Shown in pieces: positions 52,745 to 64,000 of a DNA stretch of 64,000 bases. The notes below the pieces were generated by a model, which was not told where the DNA came from, searched no databases, and saw only the letters and a program-made list of their open reading frames with translations. The stretch comes from Utricularia gibba (Eukaryota; Plantae; Magnoliophyta), in assembly GCA_002189035.1 (NCBI GenBank), contig NEEC01000015.1, positions 1,612,001 through 1,676,000 of the forward strand. The letters are read 5' to 3'. The position numbers and the translations under genes were made by a program. How positions within the stretch are numbered: position 1 is the first letter of the stretch; every line of letters starts with the position of its first letter.

Positions 52745-53278
52745 ATGTCGGCGACGAGCATTCACATCACGGCGCTGGACGGCATCGTGAACGTCAATTC
52801 CCTCTTCACTCTAGCCGTCTTCATCGGGCTCACCTGGAATCCGAACGACCCGAGCAACAGCCTCCTCGACCCGAGCCGATCTCCGCAGTGCGTGCCCGGG
52901 TCAAGCGTCTCCGAGAATCTTGTCAGCTTCCACGTCTTATCTTTCACCTGCTTCCTCTTCTCCAGCCTGGTGGCCCTAGGGCTGAAGCAGGCGATAAGGC
53001 TCGCGAACGGCGGGGGTAACCATCGCGTCTGGGTGGTGGATCTGGCGAGAGTGAACAAGCCCTTTCTTCTGGTGGGGTATGCGGTGTCGAGTGCGGGTTC
53101 GGTGTTGGGCTCGGTGTTTCTGATGCTGGCGCTGGTGAATGTGGTGGAGATTAAGCTTGGGGTACTGGGTTGCGGCGGCGATGGGTACGGGTACTTGGCG
53201 GTGGTGCCGTTGCTGGTGTTGGTACCCTCCGGGCTGCTTGTTTATGTTTCCATTGTCTTCTACGCCTTCACTCGCTGA
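52745..53278 (+). CDS. MEE60: MATERNAL EFFECT EMBRYO ARREST 60-like membrane protein
   Basis: Intronless; SIHITALDGIVNVNSLFTLAVFIGL, FHVLSFTCFLFSSLVALGLKQAIR and VEIKLGVLGCG. Confidence 0.88.
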   Translation: MSATSIHITALDGIVNVNSLFTLAVFIGLTWNPNDPSNSLLDPSRSPQCVPGSSVSENLVSFHVLSFTCFLFSSLVALGLKQAIRLANGGGNHRVWVVDLARVNKPFLLVGYAVSSAGSVLGSVFLMLALVNVVEIKLGVLGCGGDGYGYLAVVPLLVLVPSGLLVYVSIVFYAFTR

Positions 53279-53644
53279 CCCATGAGTCAAAAACTTTCTC
53301 CAAAATGTCAACGCAGATTGTTTTTATCCATTTATTTAAAAATTAAATAAAATCTCCAGCTCCAGCTCATTTCATTATTTAATGATTATTTTGATAATTT
53401 TATTGCAATTTTTATTTGTATATAAATATTTTGATATTTTGATTTCGAGAGGGATTGGGACAGCTTTTAACCTGTAAAGAGCCCCTACTCCCCTTTTCGC
53501 GTTTTATTTTCTTCTCAGAAACCTTTTGAATTGCGCTTCCCATCCTCTCCTTCACAGAACTGGCGATCGCTCGCGGAAGCGGACACCCGCAGTCAGTGCG
53601 AACTCCGACTACCCCGAGAAGCTCAACCTTTTATCCGTTGATCC

Positions 53645-56600
53645 ATGAATTCGGCGGGATCGGGGAAATTGCTGCTGGCGGCGACTGGTGGAGACACCGT
53701 GAAGCTGTTCGACGTCTCTTTGGAGCCTCAAAATCCCTGCGTCCTCACATACATTCCCTCTCCGGGCTCTCGTGTTAATTCCATTAAATGGAATCACAAC
53801 AGTAACTGCGCATTATTATCTCTGATCTCTTTTGATTGCCTTCTCTCTTTGTTTTTGTCTTGTTGATGCATTTAGCTTGGGCTTTTGTTCCATTTTTGTA
53901 GACTTAGTCTTGGCGACTGCTGGTCAAGATGGTAAAATATCAATGTGGAGAAAAAATGGCCGTAACTTGTGGACTCTGCCGGCCAAAAATGCCAGGTCAG
54001 AAATACCGGAGGTACATTTTTAAAATGTCGATTGGTTTCTTTTGTTGGCTTTATTGAAACTCCATGCCCAGTTTACGTAGGACGAGGAGTGTATCAAACG
54101 TGGTATTCTTGTGTGTGAATGAAACCGTTTTCTTTTGGTTCGATGTTTGAGCATGGTTTTCTTCTGCTGCTTTCGGTTATTCTTGAGCAGTGCATGGGAT
54201 ATATTGATTGTTCAGCTGCATACAGAACTTGGCTTAATTTGGTGATTGTCTCTTCTGTCGAATGTTTTCCTCATGGTTTGAATTCTGATAGCGCTTCTTG
54301 TATGCACAAGTCTTCAGAGGCTATATCAACCATCAACTTCAGCAATAAAGGGTCTCGGTATCTTTGCTCTGGTGGAAGTGGCCAAGTTGTGCGAATATGG
54401 GATTTGCAGAATAAGCGTTGCATTAAATGGCTGAAAGGTCATACTGATACAATAACAGGTGTGGTGTACAACTGCAAAGATGAACATATAGCATCTGTGA
54501 GTCGTAAAGGAGATCTTATTCTTCACAACCTTGCATCTGGTACTAGGGCTGCTGAACTTAGAGATCCTAACGGACAGGTTCACGAGCTCTGATTTAAGTT
54601 GTTCACTATTCGTTGTTATATCTCATATATTTATATGAGTGTTTTATCTCTAGGTTTTGGGTGCTCTTGATTACTCCCGAATGAGCAGGCACCTTTTGGT
54701 TACAGCTGGTGATGATGGTTCCATTCACCTGTGGGATACAGCTGCTCGCAGCCCGAAGGTTTGCATAATTGAAATGGATGATTTGTTAATCAAACGGTTA
54801 CCTAACCATATAACCCTGCCATTTGTTTGAGCATCATGATTTGGGGATTCCTTGTAAGCATGGGGGGTTCAAAGCTTGTGCCTTGAAAAACCTGGATGAA
54901 GACTGCAGATTATTTGAAGCTGAATTTTTTTGTGTTGTGTAGTCGCATCCAATTGCACCAAGCATTCATGATTTTTTTCCTGCTGTCAGTTGCTTTAGTT
55001 TTAGATTTAGTATTGTATTATTCTTGCTCTGTTCTGTTAGCCTCCTGGGGTATTTTTATTGATAATTTTTCAGCCTCTGTTGCGCCGTAATATGAATTGA
55101 GATGGAAGCTGGTATTATTCATGTGAAAACAATACTTTTCATGTCACAGATGTCATGGCTCAAGCATCATTCTGCTCCAACATCTGCTGTCAGTTTTTTA
55201 CCCTCCAATGACAAGGTGTGCCTCATTAGTTCTACCTTGAAAATTCTGGTCTTTCTTTTTACTAGTGTTTTTGCATCCACTTATATTTCCTGTGTTGATG
55301 ACAGATTATAGCTAGTGTTGGTCTGGATATGAAGTTATACGTTTTTGAATCTGGATCCAGGAAGCCATCTTCCTGCATTTCTTATGAGGCACCTTTTTCA
55401 TCTCTGGCAGTCGCTGATGATGGATTGACCTTGGCAGCTGGTACAAGTACAGGCCAAGTAGTATTTTATGATGTTCGTGGGAAACCACAGCCAATTACTA
55501 TTCTTCGTGCATATGGGAACTCTGAGGTGATTATTCCTTTTTTTTCCTGTGCTTGGACATGTTTTCTGTATAGTTTTTTATCCGATAATTTTATGCAAAG
55601 ATACTACTTGACCAATTTATCATGCTTATGACTAATTACCTTTTTTAAGGCCATCACAAGTCTTTGCTGGCAAAGGTCAAGGCCTATTACTGTTACTGAA
55701 AGCAAATTTAACGATGAAACTGTTCTTCTGGCTGGTGACGTTAGTGACTCTGTTCTTATGCCGGATCCCCTTCCATCAAAGGCTTCATCTTTTCAGTCAA
55801 GTGCATCCAATGATTTAGTTTCTTTCCCTGTTGGATCCACAACAAATGCACTCAGCTTACCTGCTTCAGAGGAAACACCATATAAAAACAACTTGTTGAC
55901 TGCTGTAACTTTGAAAAGACTGCATCCGGCTCGAACTTACAACATCAAGGATGATATGGAGGTGTTCTCCCCTCTTGTGGAAGTTCAACCAATTACGCCT
56001 GATCCTGATAAAATGTGGAGGGACGCCGATGCAAACTTGAAGAAAGACAATGATAAAAGGTCTTCTCTTCCATTTTCTAATTGGAGGTTTGGACAACCTG
56101 AGGATAAAATTGACGATAGCCATCCAATAACAGATTGGAAATCAGGCTTTGTCTCCAAGCAGGTAGTTCATCCCAAGTGTTCATCATACCCTTTCTGTTA
56201 CTTTTTTGCTTTTGCGTTTTCATATGAGCGGGGACTGTAAGCAGTTTTCTCTCTATAAAATAATCGTCATTAATATTTTCAGAAAGTGAGGGAGTCTAAG
56301 TATCTGAAACTTAACCCGAAAAAATGGAGCTATAGTCTTTTTATTTCTGAATTACATGCCTGTTGTCTTTTCTGAGAAATATCTTGGAAGCAGTCTGTTG
56401 TTTACTCGCCCTGATGGCTTTTTTTTTGTACGATCTACTTTTTTTCCTATTGGCCATTTTTTTGGTGAAAGGGCTGTTTATACAGAAGGTTATTTCGAAA
56501 ACCACATGATTTTGTAGATTATATATTAAGAAATCCATGACAAGTGAGATATTTTTTCACAAACATCGGTTGAAGTAGCCTAAACATGCAATTCATGTAG

Positions 56601-57735
56601 CGCGGACTAGACTCTCTCCTTTGGTAATTCATGTTCTCCTTGTTTCGATTGCTGGAGTTCCTTTTTTTTTTGTTATTCTGTGTTGGAGAAGACACTAAAT
56701 GAGCACTGTCATTGCACTTTTCAGGATGATAGTTCTTCCTTGGCATCGACATCTTGTACAGAAGTTGATGATCCTTCATCAGTTACCCCCCGGAAGCTTG
56801 GGGTGGTGATAGACTAATTGAAAAATTTATCAATAATCGGCCAACTGTCAACAGGCCTTCTCGTTTTTCGGCATTGACAGCAAATATCACGTCGTCATCC
56901 TCAGCGTTAGGAATACAGGGCAGTCTACCCACGAGTCAAAATACAAGCACTTCAACATCACTGCTGAGCTTGCCTAATTTGCATACACAAGGTGTCCCCA
57001 GTCAAGGAGTTTCATTCGGAGTTACTGAAGCTGTTTCACTTCCATTTGGTAGTAAAAGCAATGCATCGCAGGCTAATCTTGATAATCATGTCTCGCTGCC
57101 CAGAAGACTCTCCAGTTATGCTGAAAGAATTGGAGCTTCTTTCAGTGATGCACCATCCTTGGCAGTGGCATCACCAAAATCGAAGAAAAGTGGAGCAGAA
57201 ACAAGGGGTGATATTCTCAGTAGTCTTCTCCTAAAATCTGAAATGGCTTCTGGTGCTGAAACTGCCGGACTTGCATCTAGTAACAATGTATCGCTCATGA
57301 ATGATTATATTACTCTCTATAATGTAATTGTAAATGCCATGGATTATCATCTGTTCTCCTGCATGCCTCTGGCAGGTAGAAGGAACAGAGAAAGGCTCCT
57401 TGGAATCAGAGACGCAGCAAGGAACTTCCTTCACGCTGCAGCTTTTTCAGCATACGCTTGAAGAGAGTCTGGCCTCATTTCAGAAATCCATTCATGACGA
57501 CATGCGTAATCTCCACATAGAGATTCTGAGGCAATTCCATATGCAGGAGGTAATATTCTGAAACTCTCCTCATTACTTCGTCTCCCTGTTGAATATTGCC
57601 TAAAACTGCAAAGAAACATCTATCTAGACCGAGATGTCTGGTGCCATGGGGTTGATACTGGAAAACCAAGCTGAGATTATGAAGGAAATTCAATCACTCC
57701 GAAGAGAAACACAACAGCTCCGGCAGCTACTGTGA
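53645..57735 (+). CDS. NEDD1: NEDD1/GCP-WD gamma-tubulin targeting factor (apparent -1 frameshift)
   Basis: N-terminal WD40 repeats ([41 protein letters not shown]), [13 protein letters not shown] and C-terminal [27 protein letters not shown]. Confidence 0.93.
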
Positions 57736-58265
57736 GTTGAGTGAGAAGCAGGTAACAATCGTCAAGTTTTCATGTGGCTTTTTTTGTAGAGAAGAAACTT
57801 GCTTTGAGCGACGAACCGTAGGCCTCCTGCTGCCACTTCTCGCTTGCTTTGTAGAATCCTGCCAAATTTTCCAAGAAGCTGAATGTCGAGAGGCTAAACG
57901 GGTCGGGTCGGGTCGGGTCACTGTATCATTCTTTTGGATTGGATGCTCTCTTGTGCTCCATCTGAAATCAGCCCATTCTTTGCTTCAATGATGCCCACCC
58001 ATCACATGGGCGTTAAATTCTTATTTTTATATAAATAAATACCAGATGTGGAAGTACAATATTGCCCTCCGAAAAACAAAATGCACCATGAAATGTGTCC
58101 ACGTCACTTTTCAATATTTCATTTTTTATTTTGAAATATTTTCCTCATTTTTTGTTTGTTTATAGTATGAATTTCTATAAAATAAATATTAGATATAAGC
58201 CGGCGTGATGGCAGTTTCTAAATTGAGAGAGATGATTGATGATGATGGTTACATGGAAGCCATCT

Positions 58266-58305
58266 TGGGCTTGGGCCTTCTTCATTCCTTCATATGTAAG
58301 GCCCA
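58266..58305. promoter_or_regulatory. Site II element cluster upstream of PHL
   Basis: TGGGCT 58266, TGGGCC 58272 and GGCCCA 58300. Confidence 0.5.
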
Positions 58306-58744
58306 GACTGAATTCCTTGATCGTCCGTCCCCTTCCATATCTAGTTGCTAATTGCGTTCAGCGATCTTCGCCTTGCTGAAGAACAGGGGGTGACGGAATC
58401 TTGAACGAGTGAAGAAGGTCGCAGCGCTCCTATCGCTGATCTCTTGACCTCGCTCGTGCTTTTTCTTGGTTTTCTTTTTGTTTCTGAAGAGAATTGATCT
58501 TTGCGAGGGGTCGTGAGATTTTGTGTATTTCGAGCACTACCTTGAACTGCAGGTTGAGGTTAAAGGGTTTGGGAAAATTGTCAACTTGATACCCTTTTAT
58601 CCAAATTTGAAGCGTACTTTCGGAATTGATCAGAGGAGTGGAATTACATAAGTAGGGACTGAAGCAGTTGGGGGAATCAATCGCGCGATCACTCCGATTT
58701 TATGCTATCATGGGCATGGGCTTCGTCTGAGGGTGTGAAAAGCG

Positions 58745-61700
58745 ATGGGGGTTTCGTTCAAGGTATCCAAAACTGGTAGGAGATTTCGGCATAATCCTCT
58801 TTCGACCGTTGAACAGGAGGAACAACCGGAAGATGCTCCGATTGCTGCTGTTTCTAACAAGAGCAGTGATTCTTCCGGGACGCTTCTGGTATGCTCCCCT
58901 CCCCAGTTTTTCCCTCGACTTCTTTCTACTTTTTATAAACTGCGAGATTACAGTATTGGCAAAAGGGGCACTTGGTAGAATTCAATGGCCATTTTTTCGG
59001 AATTTGAATTTTAGTTTTTGTTGATCAGGGTGGTATTCGCGAACACAAGGGTACTGCTGAAATCTCCGGTGATGCAACTTTTTTTTTTCAAGAGCACAGT
59101 TTATGGATTATTGGAGAATTTGGGCTTTTTTCATATTGTAATTTCGTCGCCTTTTCGAATCTTTTTTACCAGATAGTGAAGTTTCCTTCATCCTAAGTCT
59201 CTTCCCCGATGGGTATTCAGTGGCCAAACCTACTGAGGTATTTTGGCATGAATTAATTTGAGTTTATTTGTTATCTAAATTTTGAGTTTATTTTTTAACT
59301 TCATTTCTTGGTGAATTTTCAGGATGAATCTGCTCCATCAGCCCCTGTACATATGCCCAAGTCGTTGCTTCCATATGATAGAGCTGCAGAAAGTCTGTTC
59401 TCGGTATGTGTTTTTTTCTCGGCCTAGTTCATGGAGCGAAAACGTACAAAGTGATTTTACTTCTAGCAGTAAACCTCTATAGCGTGCATTTTTCGGTTGA
59501 CTCTAAGTTCTCTATATGTGTGGTAAAATACAAGGCCATTGAGTCCGGGAGACTACCTGCTGGTTTTCCAGATGATATACCAGGAAACTACACGGACGGG
59601 ACGCTTTTCTGTGAGGTATGCTTTGTGATATATAAAGTAAACAATTTATTCCTTATGTTTAATAAAATCATTAGCGCAAAATCATGCGTGGGTAAACAAA
59701 CTTGTGCCTCATTAGGCCATAAAAACTAATATAAATCATTTTCTCCTTGATAGAGTAATGAAATAAGGGCAGTGTCTCTTTTCCTTCATCCATAATCATG
59801 CATGTGCTAGATAGATAACTTACTTTAATTTTGGATAGCCATTTTGGGGTTTTCCTAGTCCTAGAAATTTAGGTCTTCAATTTTTTCTGTTTGCTTGTTT
59901 GAAAGTACTTTCACAATTTTGGCAAGCTGCATTAGATGATAAATATCATGTTGCTTCAAATATACCAAGAAGATGTTTCTTCAAAAAGACAGAGTATTTC
60001 CAGTCTTGATTTTAGGTCCTTTTTTGCTGGTGTTTTATATTTCTTGGTTTGTCTTTTTATAAATACTACAGGTTCGAGATTATAGAAATTGCTTTCCTGA
60101 AGGGATTGATGCAGTCTCAGGGGCAAGGTCTCCTGTGGTTAGAAAATTGTCCCTTAAACTGTCACTTGAAAATATAGTGATGGATATTCCGGCTCTTTCA
60201 GATGATGGTTGGACTTATGGTGATATGATGGTATGTCAATATTTTATCATAATGCATGTGGTTAAGCCTTGATCCCTGATGTGATTTTTATTTTATGTGA
60301 AGGAAGTGGAATCCAGGATTCTGAAGGCCCTACAGCCAAAACTTTGCTTAGATCCAACTCCCCAGCTTGATCGGCTTTCTAAGAATCCTGCTTCATGTAT
60401 GGTAAGTCAATGAAACCCTGAGGTTTCTGGTCTTACATTGCTAGGTCCTACTCAGCTGAAAATCTTTTGATTTTCGTATCAGGTAAAGTTTGAAATAGCG
60501 AACACAAGGAGGAAAAGATGGATGAAAGTTCCTGAAGTTGCTGTCTCACCCAATAATGTCCATGGAAAAAAGATATGTCTTGATAGATCTCAGGAAGGCT
60601 TGAAGTTAGGAGAGCCAGGATCTTTAGTTCAACAACTGCCCATTAAGAATACACACACTCAAAGTAATGTTTCAGGAAATATTTTTCTCCAACGGAGCAA
60701 CAGTGTTACATCACATGGTTCTATTCTTCCATCTTCTTTGGCATCTCACCAGTCCAAATCTCCAATTGCAGTTGGAGGCCACATAATGATGAGAGATCAA
60801 CAGCCAGTGTCTGTTTTGAATGCATCTGTAGCTGCTTCTGGTAATCAGGATGTGATGGCTCCATTCATTAATAGCAGTGACGCTTCTATTCATGATGGTA
60901 GAGGTACTCAAGATGGATCTGCAGTCACCAATAAGAAGGCTAGGCTATTGCATACAAAATCTGATGGTAATTTGCACAATCCAGGACCTCAGATAGGGAA
61001 TTCGCAAAATTCAGAATTAAATTGGAAGGGCACAATAATTCAACAACAGCCACTTGGAAAAGGGATTCAGTATGCAAGTAATGGCATGCAAAAGTATTCC
61101 CAGCAAGTGTTTGAAGGAGGTACTAATCAGGAAGGAATGTCGTTTAATATTGGCCAGCAAGGAATGAGATACAATCTAAAGGAGGAGCCCATGGAGATAG
61201 AGAGGTCAGAAAAACCAGAGCTCAGTCGGTTGACTCCTGGCGATGCAGAGTTAAATGCAATGGATCCGCAGCAGCAAAGATTGCAGCAGAGGATGGCCAA
61301 CCAGTTCAACAGATCAAGTTTCTCTCAGTCCACATGGAGCAATCTTTCTCAGCCGTTTGATAATAATCCTAGAAAAGAAGACTCACTTCAAAAGAGAAAG
61401 TTAGTGCAAAGTCCTCGTGTTTCTGCAGGAGGATTACCCCAGTCTCCTTTATCTTCAAAATCTGGGGACGTCTCCACTGGTTCTGTTGGACCTCAATTTG
61501 GTCCTGCGGTGTCAAGTGGACATGTACAATCACAGAAGGAAAAGTCTGCAGTGACATCTATTTCTTCTGCTCCCGTTGCTGTTGGTAGCAACTTATCTTT
61601 CAATACAAATGCCAATGATTCCATGCAGCAGCAGAACCTCGTGCAGGCAGCTGCTAAACGAAGGTCAAATTCACTTCAAAAAGCTCCTGTGGGAAGTGGC

Positions 61701-64000
61701 GTGGGTTCTCCGGCAAGTGTTAGCAATATAAGTGCACCAATAAACACAGCCAGTCCTCCAATTGGAACGCAGCCTCTTGGTGATCCAACCATGCTTGAGA
61801 GGTTCTCTAAGATCCACATAGTGTCTGTGAGGTAAATATTATTGTATCTGCTTCATGTTTTCGAATCTTCTGTTTCTGTTTCCATTTGGGGAAATTTTCT
61901 TGACTACATTGTGTTTGGTTTTTTGACGTTTTGATCTAGTATATAAGAATAGCCGAAGCTTAGCTAGCAAGGTATTCTTGGTGGCTAGCCTAGTGTAGGT
62001 GTTCAGCTAACATTTTCTTTTTCAAGAGATGATACATAATTTACTGATGTCATCTGCTACTTATGATGTTGCTGCTTGTATAAATTTTCACAATAATTAT
62101 TCCTTCTTGTTGTAGGTATCAACATCACTTTAGAAAGAATAAGGTTGATGAATATCCTATCCACAAGCCTATAACGTATTCTACTCAGGAAGTGGCTTCT
62201 ATTCTTTCCAATGATTCCTACGCTGAAGATTTAAGTGACAAATCATGCAAAATGCGATTATCAAAGTCTTTGGTTGGTGGTAACATGAACACTTGCAAGA
62301 CGAGGATGTTGAATTTTGAGCTGAATGACCGCAGTATTCAAGGTGGATTTATCTTCTTTTTTTTTTCAAATGCTAGCCTTTGTTGGTGGATTGTCCTTGC
62401 ACATGGTGAATATGGAGGAACTGATTCAACCTTTTTGAAAAAGCAGGTGTGAGGCTGATCATGTCAGAGAAGGAAAGCGATGGTTCTGTAGCATTTCACA
62501 TTGGAGATATAGAAGTTGCTGACTACTTAGCTGCAGAGGATTACCTTCCAACATTACCAAATACGGTACGACTTATTTCCAGTTGTCCGTGGAGTACTCA
62601 AGTAGGCATTCCTATGTCACGTTTGCTTTATGTGCACACCCCCTTTTAAGTTTTCATGGTTTTGTCCGTTTGATATTGCCATGTTGGAGCCAAATGCCTA
62701 ATTTATTGATTTGATAATGCAATGTTCTTGTTCTCTGTTATCGTGTTTAAGTTGCAATTGCTTGGCATCGATTTGTCAGCTGGAGTTTGCTTCCGGTTTT
62801 TTAACTTAAATCTGCTTTTCTACTTCTGCAGCACACGGCAGATCTACTTGCAACTCAGTACTGTTCATTGGTACGTTGAAATGACTGATTCTGTGTGTAT
62901 TTTTTCTGTGAAATTCGAAAGTGTCTGCTGACCTGTGTATTTTCTGCAGATGGAACATGAAGGATACGAGTCAGTGGATAATGTCCAACCTAAATTAGTT
63001 CGAAGAAGTCCTGGAGTCAACCAACTTGATGGACCTGGAATGTCTACGCGTGCAGCGTCTGAAACACACCAATATTCTGAGGGAGCTTCTATTCAGGCAC
63101 CAAATGATATTGGAAAGCCTAGCAGCGGCAGTATTGCAACTGTAGGCTCATCACAAAATGTACAAGTCCTAAGGACACCGGTGCAAATGTCTCAAGGTCT
63201 CCTGCCTGCGTTTCCATCAATGCTGCCACAACAACTACAGCAGCCCCAATTTCAAAGAACCCCATCGATGCTTTCTGGAAATTCAGTACAGCACCTGGGC
63301 AATATGTCTCATAATACAAACATGCAGATAAGCTCTCAAATGGCAACTAAGCCATCGTCTCTCCAACTTCACATGTTGCAGCAGCAGCAGCAGCAGCAGC
63401 ATCAACAGCCACAGTTGCTTCAAATGCAACAGCAGCAGTCAGCATTGCAGAGAAAAATGATAACTGGCCTGGGAAATGTGGGCATGAGTGGCAACAATAT
63501 GATGAGTCTTGGAGGTCTGGGAAATGTTATGGGAATAGGGGGTTCGAGGGGTGTTGGTGGAACTAGTATTTCTTCACCTGTGGGACCTAGCATGGGAAAC
63601 ATCATGAACCAGAATCCAATGAGTTTAAGTTCAGCTGCAAATCTTAGTAATGCTATTCGAGCTGGGACGATTACCCCAGCTCATGCAACTTACATGAAGA
63701 TGAAGATGGCACAAAGTAGAGGCATTTATGGGAACACCCAAGCACCTGGAGGAGGAATGTTTGGCTCTAGACAAATGCATCCTGGATCTGCTGGGGTTTC
63801 AATGTTGGGTCCTGCTCTGAACAGAGCCGCCAGTATGAATCAGATCCAGCGTCCAGCAATGGGTCAAATGGCTGCACCAAAGCTGATGCCAGGAATGAAT
63901 GTTTATATGAACCAGCAGCAACAGCAGCAGCTTCAGCAGCAGTTGCAGATGCATCTGATGCAGCAGCAGCGACAGCTACAACAACCAGCTGAAAACTCAA
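58745..64000 (+). CDS. PHL: PHYTOCHROME-DEPENDENT LATE-FLOWERING / Spt20-family SAGA subunit; runs off the window
   Basis: MGVSFKVSKTGRRFR, AIESGRLP, EVRDYR, WTYGDMMEVESRILKALQPKLCLDPTP and YLPTLPNTHTADL. The Q/M/G-rich last exon is open from 62950 to the window end. Confidence 0.92.
63379..63399 (+). repeat. (CAG)7 polyglutamine tract in PHL
   Basis: Seven consecutive CAG codons; more Q-rich tracts follow to 64000. Confidence 0.9.

Noticed and set aside
1-64000. tRNA, rRNA, snRNA, CRISPR and intact transposon ORFs
   Set aside because: No T-loop/cloverleaf, USE-TATA, repeat-spacer arrays or transposase/RT motifs found by eye; a covariance-model search would be needed to exclude small snoRNAs.

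Overview
Gene-dense eudicot nuclear DNA, about 21 spliced protein-coding genes in 64 kb, with several introns of only 55-90 nt. The compact layout suggests a miniature genome such as Lentibulariaceae (weak inference). Genes in order: kinesin-12 (3' part), thaumatin-like, DUF599, TMEM120-like, PPR EMB1270, SRR1, PP4R2, CCR-like SDR, NARA5-like pfkB kinase, plastid omega-3 desaturase FAD7/8, EGY2, eIF3f, At2g39910/Tti2-like, kinase-less L-type lectin, YCED1/DUF177, Pus10, RopGEF1-like, MEE60, NEDD1 and PHL/Spt20-like (3' truncated). I found no tRNA, rRNA, CRISPR array or intact transposon. The best non-obvious observation is a decayed WLIM2-type LIM gene fossil in the promoter of the Tti2-like gene. 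Six -1 frameshifts in five conserved genes can each be repaired by adding one base to a G/C homopolymer, so they are most likely long-read assembly errors. Other points: a duplicated 3' splice site in TMEM120, a GC-AG intron, promoter tandem duplications and two unexplained stretches with splice signals. I cannot support a genuinely new biological system from this sequence. Arabidopsis locus IDs and homolog motifs are recalled from memory and need verification.
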